Of a stretch of DNA of 19,400 nucleotides, positions 8,307-17,031 are shown piece by piece. The number at the start of each line of letters is the position of its first letter. The stretch's first letter is position 1. Position numbers and translations under genes: made by a program. Source of the DNA: Chlamydiia bacterium (GTDB taxonomy: Bacteria; Chlamydiota; Chlamydiia; Chlamydiales; Parachlamydiaceae); contig JBBSJT010000038.1 of NCBI GenBank assembly GCA_038257035.1, positions 1-19,400 of the forward strand, in the 5' to 3' direction. The notes under the pieces are model-generated. The model was not told the DNA's origin. It searched no databases and was given only the letters and a program-made list of their open reading frames with translations.

Positions 8307-9626
8307 TTATGACTCTAAACTCGAAATTATATTTTTATATTCATCGAGAAGCCCTACTGTAATTAGCTTATTTGCAATTCTATTCGATATGGGAATAGGG
8401 CATTTTACAAATTTTCCTTTTAATTCTTCTTCTGTAATTTTTTCAATTTCAAAGCGGAATATATCATTGATCTGAATATCACCATCTTCTGCACTGCAGA
8501 CCTGCGACATTGTCATCACTCGTCTTGAACCATCTACAAGCCTTGTTACATAGATAATTAGATCTAAAGCACCGGCAATTTGCTGGCGCACGCTTTCAAC
8601 CGATAAAGTATAGCGAGCCATGAGAATCATATTTAAAAGCCTAGAAATCACCTCTTCTGTTCCGCTGGCATGTAATGTAGTCATGGTACCATCTTGACCT
8701 GTATTCATGGCATGGAGTAAATTAAAGGCTTCAGCTCCTCTTAATTCTCCCAATATAACCCGGTCCGGACGCATTCTTAAAGCATTAATCATTAAATCCG
8801 CCTGTGTAACAGCACCTTTACCTTCAGGATTTGCAAGCCTTGTCAACAAACGCACGACATGGGAATGTGAGGGTTCAAGTTCTGGAGTATCTTCAATTGT
8901 AATCATGCGTTCACCTTTTGAAATGGATGCTAAAAGGGAGTTCATCAAAGTTGTTTTTCCAGATCCGGTTCCTCCGCAAATAATAATATTAAAACGAGCT
9001 TTTACACAGATTTGAAGAAACTTTGCCATTTCTTCGTTCAAACATCCTCTTCCTACTAAGCTAAAAAGGTCTAATTTTTGGAAAGAGTATTTTCTTATTG
9101 AAACTTTGATTCCATCAATTGCAAGGGGTGGAATAATAGCATGAATCCTACTTCCATCCGGCAATTGAGAATCAAAATAAGGTGTGCCAAGATCAAGATG
9201 CCGGCCCGATTTTGAAGCGACGCGGTGAACTAAACGTAGAATATGTTCATGGTTAAGAAAAGTAATAGATGTTTTTTGGATCCTTCCGTATGTTTCAATA
9301 TAAACCTCATCTGGACCATTAATAAAAATATCGGTTACAGTTTTATCTCTCAATAACGTTTCCACAGGTCCAAAACCAGTCACTTCATCGAAAACCGAAG
9401 TAGCCAGAATTTTGGCATCTTCACTACTTTCGGGAACAAGATTCATTTTTGCTATAGTTTTGTCGATTTCCTCATATAGGTAGGCATTAAGTATTACCTG
9501 ATCTTTTTGCAATGTATTGATTTTATAATAATCAAGGGTTTCAAGAAGCTGCAGATGAATTTCTTTCACGCGCAAAAGAAATGCAATTTTTGTCTCTTTT
9601 ACAAGATCTTCCGGCGATGTTGTCAT
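8307..9626 (-). CDS. tadA: Tad pilus assembly ATPase TadA/CpaF
   Basis: GFGPVETLL, DIFINGP, Walker A GGTGSGKT, ITIEDTPEL, ALRMRPDRVILGE and TTLHA. The likely start is ATG 9626 (AGGA upstream, ATGA overlap with the upstream stop), not 9677. Confidence 0.93.
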   Translation of the reverse strand: MTTSPEDLVKETKIAFLLRVKEIHLQLLETLDYYKINTLQKDQVILNAYLYEEIDKTIAKMNLVPESSEDAKILATSVFDEVTGFGPVETLLRDKTVTDIFINGPDEVYIETYGRIQKTSITFLNHEHILRLVHRVASKSGRHLDLGTPYFDSQLPDGSRIHAIIPPLAIDGIKVSIRKYSFQKLDLFSLVGRGCLNEEMAKFLQICVKARFNIIICGGTGSGKTTLMNSLLASISKGERMITIEDTPELEPSHSHVVRLLTRLANPEGKGAVTQADLMINALRMRPDRVILGELRGAEAFNLLHAMNTGQDGTMTTLHASGTEEVISRLLNMILMARYTLSVESVRQQIAGALDLIIYVTRLVDGSRRVMTMSQVCSAEDGDIQINDIFRFEIEKITEEELKGKFVKCPIPISNRIANKLITVGLLDEYKNIISSLES

Positions 9627-11890
9627 GTTAATTCCTGTATGATTCCCAAATCTTCTGTTTCCCAAGGTGTTTCCCAAGGTGTTTCCACAAACTCACAACT
9701 TGTTTCTGGACTCATCGTAAGCTCTGTTGGATACCCACACTCAGAATTTTCATTCATGCAATAATCCGCTGGATTTGGCATCTGGCAGGTTTCCGGCCTG
9801 TTCTTGTTGATCAGAAATGGGGTGACCACCACCATTAATTCTGTTTGATGATCTTGGGAATAATCCGATTGAAACAACAGACCAAGAATAGGTATTCTGT
9901 TGAGGCCATATAAGTTGGTATTTTCATTGTGAGACGTATTAAGTATTAAACCCCCTATAACATAGGATTGACCCGGCCAGAGCTTCACAATTGTGTTCAC
10001 ACGTCTGGTCAATAGTCCAGGAATGACAAAGCCCTGCAAGACAACTGAATTATTTCTATCCAAGTCACTGACTTCAGGGGCCACATGTAGGGTTATCAAA
10101 CCATTGAGATCGACATGTGGTGTGAAATCTAAAGAAACTCCATATTTTTTGTATTCTATTGTAACCGTTGGAATCAGTCCACCTTGTGGAACAGGAATGG
10201 GGTACTCTCCTCCGGAAAAAAAATTGGCCCTCTCTCCGGAAACTGTTGTAAGATTTGGTTCTGCAATGAGTTTACTAAATTTATCTTCTTGGAGCATGTC
10301 GATCAATGCCGAAAGATTATAATTGCCAAATATCCCTGATGCTTTCAAAAAATAATTAGGATCATTAAATGGTGGAGAAGGATAAACTGCCCCGATGGCA
10401 AATGATTGATTGATATTTTCAAATAAAACCCTCCAGTTTACTCCTACACGAGAGACAAAATCCCTTTTTACCTCGTATACCAATACTTTCAGAAGTACGA
10501 GCTGCGGCTCGACATCCAATAGATTGATCACTGCCAATTCACCTCCTGGGACTAATTTAACAATGATTTCTATTATTTTAGAAGCCATTTGAGGATCGGG
10601 AACTTTTCCTTTGATAATATAGCCTTTTGGTGATGATGTAACATCAATGCATACAAGGGGGAATAGTGAATTGACCGTATGGGTGATTAAAACTGATTGA
10701 AATCTTTCAAGATTGTCACTCTCAAAAAGCTTTTCCAGCAGTAGATCACAACAATCATTCATTTGCGGCATTCCCGCATTTTCAAGAGAAAGGATACCCG
10801 AATCTTTAGCATAAGAGAAAATTTCAGCCTCTCTAGGATTCATTTCCAATATAACCTGCATTGCCGGAATAAAATTTGGATCATCTTGATCTATTTCATT
10901 TCCGATAATATTTCTTCCAACTGCGATAACTTTGATTCCTCGCATAAGTGTTAAGCTGACGGGGGTGAAACCTATATTTGATTTTGAGGTAAATTTTAGA
11001 TCTACGGCAGATCCTTGGTGAAGGTTTGGTATAACAGGATATTTAGATGTAAGTTCCAATAGAACCGCTCTCTTATTAGGGTCGATGGAAAAACTTGAAA
11101 GATCCTTCGGAGCCATTTTTTTCTTTTGAAGAGGATTAACGGCAACTTCAAGAAGATTAATAGGCGGAAAACTGTTTTTATTGCTCATCATTTGAAGGAC
11201 TTCAAGGATCTTTTCAGATGTTTCAGGATTGTCTACCCTCCCTTTTACAATGAATCCTCTTAGCGTTGAGATAATTTTTAAATCAGCTTTTGGAAAAATG
11301 GATCGCATCATATGTGTGACTAAAATCGAATTGAAATTTTCGTCGGATCTACTAGTCAAAAGCGCTTCGGCAAGTCCTTCATACACATTATTTTTTTTGA
11401 CATCACTTTCTGTATCTTTCAGTCCTATCGTTAAAGACCCATTAATTTCGGCAAATGATAAAATTTCAGATTGCCTTGGAGTCATTTCAAGCAGAATCTC
11501 AACGGGACTATTCGATTTATAAAAACTTGCTGGATCATTGTAAAACTTTCCTGTGGCATCCTTTCCAATACCTATTACGCGTATGTTTTCCAGTAATGTT
11601 AATGATACAGTCTCTATGCTTCCATCGGATTTGGAAGTGAAAATTAAATCGATAATATCACCAAGCATCAAAAATTGAACAGCAGCAGATCTTGCATTCA
11701 AATTAAACGGGACTGCAACTTTCCCATCTTCTATAGGTAGCATTTCAGGAGCTTTGGCAACCTCCTTGACAGTCTTAACTTCCTCCTCAATAGTTTTTTG
11801 AGGTTCGGCAGACTTTTTACTAAATAAAAATGCAGCAGCAATTCCAAGGAAGGCAAATGAAATTATAAAAATTATGCGATCTTTAGCCAT
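9623..11890 (-). CDS. RcpA/CpaC-type secretin fused to two RcpC/CpaB-like + BON-like modules
   Basis: C-terminal secretin motifs (QLVLLKVLVYEV, LIAEPNLTTVSGERANFFSGGEYPIP, YKKYGVSLDFTP, IPILGLLF, TELMVVVTP). The N-terminal half has two repeats resembling the RcpC/CpaB C-terminal domain (GDIIDL...LLENIRVIGIG...LLEMTPRQSEIL...GSLTIGLK). Confidence 0.85.
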   Translation of the reverse strand: MAKDRIIFIISFAFLGIAAAFLFSKKSAEPQKTIEEEVKTVKEVAKAPEMLPIEDGKVAVPFNLNARSAAVQFLMLGDIIDLIFTSKSDGSIETVSLTLLENIRVIGIGKDATGKFYNDPASFYKSNSPVEILLEMTPRQSEILSFAEINGSLTIGLKDTESDVKKNNVYEGLAEALLTSRSDENFNSILVTHMMRSIFPKADLKIISTLRGFIVKGRVDNPETSEKILEVLQMMSNKNSFPPINLLEVAVNPLQKKKMAPKDLSSFSIDPNKRAVLLELTSKYPVIPNLHQGSAVDLKFTSKSNIGFTPVSLTLMRGIKVIAVGRNIIGNEIDQDDPNFIPAMQVILEMNPREAEIFSYAKDSGILSLENAGMPQMNDCCDLLLEKLFESDNLERFQSVLITHTVNSLFPLVCIDVTSSPKGYIIKGKVPDPQMASKIIEIIVKLVPGGELAVINLLDVEPQLVLLKVLVYEVKRDFVSRVGVNWRVLFENINQSFAIGAVYPSPPFNDPNYFLKASGIFGNYNLSALIDMLQEDKFSKLIAEPNLTTVSGERANFFSGGEYPIPVPQGGLIPTVTIEYKKYGVSLDFTPHVDLNGLITLHVAPEVSDLDRNNSVVLQGFVIPGLLTRRVNTIVKLWPGQSYVIGGLILNTSHNENTNLYGLNRIPILGLLFQSDYSQDHQTELMVVVTPFLINKNRPETCQMPNPADYCMNENSECGYPTELTMSPETSCEFVETPWETPWETEDLGIIQELT
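9656..9686. repeat. 12-bp in-frame tandem repeat (about 2.6 copies) encoding ETPW
   Basis: TGTTTCCCAAGG twice, then TGTTTCC. Confidence 0.85.
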
Positions 11891-11924
11891 GATTTTCTAG
11901 TCTTAAGTTATGTTTAAAAAATTC

Positions 11925-11954
11925 AATTTACGCCTTTAAATTTTAATTTGTCAA
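11925..11954 (-). promoter_or_regulatory. Putative sigma70 promoter of the secretin-tadA-tadBC unit
   Basis: Minus strand TTGACA-18 nt-TAAATT, ending 34 nt before the ATG at 11890. Confidence 0.45.
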
Positions 11955-12183
11955 TATCATTGCTCATTAATTCTAAAGAGCGCATGTCATTTTAAGTCGG
12001 GCTTATAGACATATTGACCGTTCATTTCGATAAAATTCTAATCATTGCGTGAGAGCTTTTAAATCAAACAAGAATGAATTAACCCCTTCATAGTATCAGA
12101 AATCGTTTCACTTCAATATTTGTGAAAAATTCCTCTAGGCGTGTTATTTAAGGGTTCTTTTTGGTAAAAAAAAACGGCTTGGT

Positions 12184-13059
12184 TTATGAGCCGTTGAAGG
12201 TTGCGAGGCTGACATCGCTGCCGCCACTGACGATGACGAGGATGGATGAAAATGTTTTAAGAAGTGGCATATTTTGGTAAATTGGTGCAAGTTCTGAAGA
12301 AAATTTTGGCTCTACCAATATGCATTGTTCATTTGCAAATGCAAGGCACGCATCGAACGCTGCTTTTTCAGAAATAATATGCGGATACACTTTTTGTTTT
12401 TTAAGACTTAAAAAAGCTTCGGGAACAATCCCTTTTGCCTCGTGCTCTTCTGCAAAAAGAGCAGTTGCAAAAGGACAATGTGTCTCCATTTCTGCAGTGA
12501 TCAGAGGAATATCTGCCCATTTACACTCTTGAAGGCCTTGTATGACACCTGCAAGTAAATCTCCTGAATGCACTGATAGCAAGATAGCCCCTGGCTTTAA
12601 ACCTGCTCCAAACACTTCATAGATAATTGAACTGATCCCTTTAAAAATTAAGGGATCATCATGTGGATTTACATAAGTAGCTTTTGTATTATCGGCAATT
12701 TTTTTAGCCTCTTGCTCTGCACCTTCGAAATCCGCTCCACTAACTACTACTACCTCAGAACCCATCAACTTAATTTTATTTTTGATAAATTCGGATGTCT
12801 TCTCAGGAACGACAACTTTTAATTTTACATTAAGAACTCTTGCAGCATGGGCCAAAGAAAGTCCTGAATGTCCACAGGAAGCTGTAATAAAAGAATTCAA
12901 TCCGCGATTCACATAATCTTTTAACAGAATTCCAAGCCCGCGATCTTTGTAGGAACCTGAAGGTTGTAGAGCTTCCATTTTCAAATAAACAGGAATACCC
13001 ATTTCTTTAGACAAAGAAAGAGACTCTAAAAGCGGAGTTTGTATAAATAAGTTTTCCAT
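12184..13059 (-). CDS. Fold-type II PLP-dependent enzyme, serine/threonine dehydratase-like (divergent)
   Basis: TPLLES, VYLKMEALQPSGSYKDRG (PLP Lys), ILVEP and IVSGGS. Several other motifs are degenerate. Confidence 0.8.
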   Translation of the reverse strand: MENLFIQTPLLESLSLSKEMGIPVYLKMEALQPSGSYKDRGLGILLKDYVNRGLNSFITASCGHSGLSLAHAARVLNVKLKVVVPEKTSEFIKNKIKLMGSEVVVVSGADFEGAEQEAKKIADNTKATYVNPHDDPLIFKGISSIIYEVFGAGLKPGAILLSVHSGDLLAGVIQGLQECKWADIPLITAEMETHCPFATALFAEEHEAKGIVPEAFLSLKKQKVYPHIISEKAAFDACLAFANEQCILVEPKFSSELAPIYQNMPLLKTFSSILVIVSGGSDVSLATFNGS

Positions 13060-13063
13060 TATA

Positions 13064-13297
13064 TTACTTCAAAAAAGTCAAAATCAAAGCAAGAGCCGTT
13101 TTTACAGGTTCAACCTCTTTTTTTTCTGCAGATGAAGAGAATTGATGATAAATATTGAGGGCAGCTTGATATACAAAATCAATAATAGCTTTTACCCAAG
13201 AGACAAGAACATTAAAAGTGTCTGGAAAAAAATACCAAATTAAATAAAATAATGCGCCAAAAAGGATAAAATTAAATAAAAATCTAATTAGGCTCAT
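13064..13297 (-). CDS. Small hypothetical membrane protein (77 aa)
   Basis: Hydrophobic N-terminal helix, AAGGA upstream of the ATG, and a stop 4 nt before the dehydratase-like gene. Confidence 0.7.
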   Translation of the reverse strand: MSLIRFLFNFILFGALFYLIWYFFPDTFNVLVSWVKAIIDFVYQAALNIYHQFSSSAEKKEVEPVKTALALILTFLK

Positions 13298-13402
13298 GTC
13301 GGTTTCCTTTTTTGAAAGTTCCTCTATTTTACCTGATGTTTATAATTTATCGCAATAATAGGCAATCAAAATCTTAAGACAAATACATTGGTCAAATTTC
13401 TC

Positions 13403-13432
13403 TTGCGAAATATGCACCTTTTGAAATAGAAT
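13403..13432 (+). promoter_or_regulatory. Putative sigma70 promoter of tRNA-Ser
   Basis: TTGCGA-18 nt-TAGAAT, ending 25 nt upstream of the tRNA. Confidence 0.5.
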
Positions 13433-13457
13433 GGTTGCTTAATTCAAGCTTTTTTGT

Positions 13458-13547
<90 letters not shown>

Positions 13548-13557
13548 TTTTCCCTAT

Positions 13558-14082
13558 ATGAAAAACCAAAAAACTCTAAAATCCAGCGAAATCAACACAC
13601 CTTTTGGCAAGATACTTGCCATTTCTGATGAAGATCGTCTTTACCTTTTACAGTTTACTGAAGATAAAGAGTTAAAAAGCAAAATCCAAAAGCTTTGCAA
13701 AACAACTCAATCAGATATTGTTACAGAGTCGAGCGAGCCATTGCGCAGTATCAGTGAAGAACTCAAAGAATATTTTGACGGATCTTCAAATCAATTCAAG
13801 ACCCCCTTTCATCTCTTGGGTACAGATTTTCAAAAACTTTGTTGGATGGAACTTACAAAAATTCCATTTGGACAAACGTTAAGTTATCAGCAACAAGCAA
13901 CAAACATCAATAAGCCAGCAGCCTACAGAGCCGTTGCAAATGCCAATGGTGCAAATCCCCTTGCCATTATTGTCCCTTGTCATCGCATTATTCGCAACAC
14001 CGGACATTTAGGCGGTTACTCCGGTGGCGTTCACATCAAAAAACACCTCCTCAACCTCGAATCCAATAAATCGCTATTTTAA
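13558..14082 (+). CDS. ogt: Methylated-DNA--protein-cysteine methyltransferase
   Basis: GTDFQ..W..L.KIPFGQTLSY, RAVANANGANP and the active site IIVPCHR. The start is moved to ATG 13558 because the longer ORF runs through the tRNA. Confidence 0.92.
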   Translation: MKNQKTLKSSEINTPFGKILAISDEDRLYLLQFTEDKELKSKIQKLCKTTQSDIVTESSEPLRSISEELKEYFDGSSNQFKTPFHLLGTDFQKLCWMELTKIPFGQTLSYQQQATNINKPAAYRAVANANGANPLAIIVPCHRIIRNTGHLGGYSGGVHIKKHLLNLESNKSLF

Positions 14083-14109
14083 ATTTTAGATTTTTGATAT
14101 GAGGAGGTT

Positions 14110-15009
14110 ATGGATGACAGTATTTTCAGTTTAAACTTTCAACCGATCACTATTGAATCTCAAGAGGTAGTGGAACCCTTCCTAAAGAAATACCCTAATG
14201 ATTTGTCTGGTTATACTTTTTCACTCCTTCTAATGGGTAATGGGGGTTACGCATATAAATGGGCTTTTTTAGACGATGAAACCCTTTTAATTTTGAGCAG
14301 TACCCCTGGTTCAAGTGTCTATCATCTATTAGAGCCGATTGGACCTTTCCCCCTTAAAAGTCAAAAAAATCTTATATCGTTATTATCAAAAAATCCTATT
14401 AATTTGATATGGATATCGATAAATTTTATAAATAAAAGAATTAATTTTTGTAAAAATTTCGAAATAAAAAAAGAGCGAAATAGATTCAACTATCTTTATA
14501 GGGCTTCTGACTTAAGTAACTTAAAAGGCGGTGATTACGAAAGAAAACGTAATTTAATCGCACAAGCTGAAAAACTTTATGATTTTGTAATCGAAACTAT
14601 GGACGAAAAATGCCATCCTCATTGTCCAAAAATTTTAAAAAATGTGGGAAAGCCGGAAAACTTATCATTAAGCCTTGAAAATGAATTAAAGGCTTTGGAT
14701 AAGGCTTTATTCTATTTTAAGCCTCTTAAATTTAAAGGCATAGTAATTAGTGTTGATGGTCAATACGTTGCATTTTCCATCTACCAAGAACTTAACAATA
14801 AAACAGCTGAAATTCTTTTCGAAAAGGCAGACAAACAATACAAAGGGTTGTACCAATTGATCAACCGGGAAACTGCCAAAGCAATTTTAGAAGAAGGCTA
14901 TGAATTGATTAACCGTCAAGAAGATTTAGGGCTAGAGGGTCTACGCAAAGCCAAACTTTCCTACCACCCCATCGAACTCATCCCCTGCTACACCCTCATC
15001 CCCAAATAA
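14110..15009 (+). CDS. DUF2156 / aminoacyl-phosphatidylglycerol synthase C-terminal-like (GNAT-fold) protein
   Basis: YLYRASDL..LKG....KRN, FEKAD..YKGLYQLIN and INRQEDLGLEGLRKAKLSYHP. Shine-Dalgarno GAGGAGG. Confidence 0.82.
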   Translation: MDDSIFSLNFQPITIESQEVVEPFLKKYPNDLSGYTFSLLLMGNGGYAYKWAFLDDETLLILSSTPGSSVYHLLEPIGPFPLKSQKNLISLLSKNPINLIWISINFINKRINFCKNFEIKKERNRFNYLYRASDLSNLKGGDYERKRNLIAQAEKLYDFVIETMDEKCHPHCPKILKNVGKPENLSLSLENELKALDKALFYFKPLKFKGIVISVDGQYVAFSIYQELNNKTAEILFEKADKQYKGLYQLINRETAKAILEEGYELINRQEDLGLEGLRKAKLSYHPIELIPCYTLIPK

Positions 15010-15089
15010 TATTTCACCGCAGAGAGCACAGAGATCACAGAGAGAGAATATACTTGTTCTAATGCAAAAAAATTAGAACCTTTGCGATC

Positions 15090-15246
15090 TATCACATTTT
15101 CGATTTTTTACAGGATATGCATGATCGCTGCGCGGCACGATAAGCAGGATAATATCAATCTTCAGTAATACAAGGGGTTGATGTTATCTTGCTTATCGTG
15201 CCGCGTAGCGATCGTGCATATCCTGTAAAAAATCGAAGATGTGATA
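15090..15246. repeat. Long inverted repeat with 71-bp arms between convergent genes
   Basis: 15090-15160 pairs ungapped with 15176-15246: 65 Watson-Crick pairs and 6 mismatches. Confidence 0.95.
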
Positions 15247-15313
15247 TTAAAAAAATTAAATTGCAAGTTTTAATATTAAGTACATACTTTCTCTGTGGCC
15301 TGTTATTTAAAAA

Positions 15314-16756
15314 TTACCTTGTTTCGGATTTCAAAGTAGGTTGTTTAATAGCGCGTAGCTCGTCTAGTCGCTTGACGGGGGTTGTGTGGGGGGAATTTTT
15401 GACGAGTTCTGGGTTTTCTTTGATTTCTTGGACGATGATTTTTAGTATATTAATGAAGTTATCAAGGGTTGCTTTTGATTCACTTTCGGTAGGCTCGATC
15501 AGCATGCATTCCTTGATGATTAGAGGGAAATATATGGTTGGAGCATGAACACCATAATCAAGAAGCCTTTTTGCAATATCTAATGCTCTTACTCCTCTAT
15601 CTAGGAAACTATCGGCAGAGACCACAAATTCATGCATACAAGCTTGTGGATAGGGAATATTAAAAAAAGGTGCTATTTGACTTTTTAAGTAATTGGCATT
15701 TAGTACCGCTTGCTCTGCAATGCGTCTTAAACCATAATTTCCGTGTAATTTCATATAAAGGTAGGCTCTTAAGTAGATGCTGAAATTTCCATGGAAGGAA
15801 GCGATAGAGCCAATACTATTTTCAGATTGATTACGAAGTTCATAACCGGAATTTGTTTTTTCAACACGAGGAACAGGTAAAAAATCGAGGAGTTTTTTGT
15901 TACATAAAACTGGGCCTGAACCTGGACCTCCACCACCGTGTGGTGTTGAAAATGTTTTATGAAGATTAATGTGCATCACATCAAAACCCATTTGGTAAGG
16001 CTTGGCAATGTTTAAAATGGCATTTAAATTAGCCCCGTCATAATAGAGTAGTCCGCCATGGTCATGAATGATTTTTGTAACTTCTAAAATAACCGGAGAA
16101 AATAATCCCAAAGTATTTGGGTTGGTGAGCATAAGGGCGGCGGTTTTTTCAGAAACCAAACTTTTAAGATGCTCTAAATCGATATCCCCCTTGGAATCTG
16201 TTCGAATAGAGACGATTTTATATCCTGCCATTTTTGCAGTTGCAGGATTCGTTCCGTGGGCATTGTCAGGTATTAAAACTTCAGTTTTGTGACTATTTTT
16301 ATGAAACGTATGGTAATCGGCAATCATCCGAATACCGACAAACTCTCCTTGTGCACCGGCATTTGGTAGAAGAGTGCCGCCTGCCATGCCTGAGACATCT
16401 GCTAACATTTCAATGAGTTCAAAAATGATCTCTAAATTCCCCTGTACAAATTTTATCGATGCCAATGGATGGGTTTTAGTAAATTCGTTAAATCCTGCGA
16501 CAAGTTCATTAACTCTTGGATTAAATTTCATTGTACAGCTTCCAAGCGGATAAAAGATGTTATCGATGCCAACATTTCGATCAGCCATTTCATTAAAATG
16601 ACGCGTTAAATTAAGCTCTGAAACTTCCGGTAAAGGAAGGGATTCTGTTCTTAACAGTGACTCTTTTGGCTTAAAATTTAAAAATTCGGCAGCATTTTTT
16701 GGCAAGCTGTAGGCATGTTGATCTTTTTCGCTTTTTTCAAATATCGTTCTCATCAC
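15314..16756 (-). CDS. gcvPB: Glycine dehydrogenase (decarboxylating) subunit 2
   Basis: YPLGSCTMKFNP, AHGTNPATA, LYYDGANLNA and HINLHKTFSTPHGGGGPGSGP (PLP Lys). Start is GTG 16756 or ATG 16753. Confidence 0.96.
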   Translation of the reverse strand: MMRTIFEKSEKDQHAYSLPKNAAEFLNFKPKESLLRTESLPLPEVSELNLTRHFNEMADRNVGIDNIFYPLGSCTMKFNPRVNELVAGFNEFTKTHPLASIKFVQGNLEIIFELIEMLADVSGMAGGTLLPNAGAQGEFVGIRMIADYHTFHKNSHKTEVLIPDNAHGTNPATAKMAGYKIVSIRTDSKGDIDLEHLKSLVSEKTAALMLTNPNTLGLFSPVILEVTKIIHDHGGLLYYDGANLNAILNIAKPYQMGFDVMHINLHKTFSTPHGGGGPGSGPVLCNKKLLDFLPVPRVEKTNSGYELRNQSENSIGSIASFHGNFSIYLRAYLYMKLHGNYGLRRIAEQAVLNANYLKSQIAPFFNIPYPQACMHEFVVSADSFLDRGVRALDIAKRLLDYGVHAPTIYFPLIIKECMLIEPTESESKATLDNFINILKIIVQEIKENPELVKNSPHTTPVKRLDELRAIKQPTLKSETR

Positions 16757-16820
16757 TTTTAAGCTCCCCTTTTTTTATTTTTTTACCACGAAGATTTCTT
16801 CTTGGTATACCTTTTTTTGC

Positions 16821-17031
16821 CTTTTTTTACCGCGAAGACCGCGAAGGAAGACGCGAAGGCACGCGAAGAAGCGCGCTAATAGCGCGTAAAAAGCAAGAAA
16901 ATTGTTACAGCTTAATGATCTTCGAAGCCACCTACGCTTCTCTTTTTTTTTACGCAGCACAAGCTGCGCTTCTTCGCGTTTCTTCTCGCAGCGAAGCTTG
17001 CGCTTCTTCGCGGTCTTCGCGGTAAAAAAAG
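16821..17031. repeat. Nested inverted-repeat element built from CGCGAAG units
   Basis: Perfect 26-bp outer IR (16821-16846 / 17006-17031) and perfect 14-bp inner IR (16861-16874 / 16966-16979). Confidence 0.92.

Noticed and set aside
9627..9677. Longer TadA start at 9677
   Set aside because: It overlaps the secretin tail repeat. ATG 9626 has an SD-like AGGA and an ATGA coupling overlap.
15189..15548. 119-aa + strand ORF
   Set aside because: It starts inside the hairpin arm and is mostly antisense to gcvPB.
16829..16870. CGCGAAG repeats, or the flp duplication, as a CRISPR array
   Set aside because: No constant-length repeats with unique spacers, and no cas genes in the window.
16699..17025. 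ORFs 16699-17025 (+) and 16775-16960 (-)
   Set aside because: Low-complexity Arg/Ser/Phe translations of the palindromic element, with no recognisable protein features.
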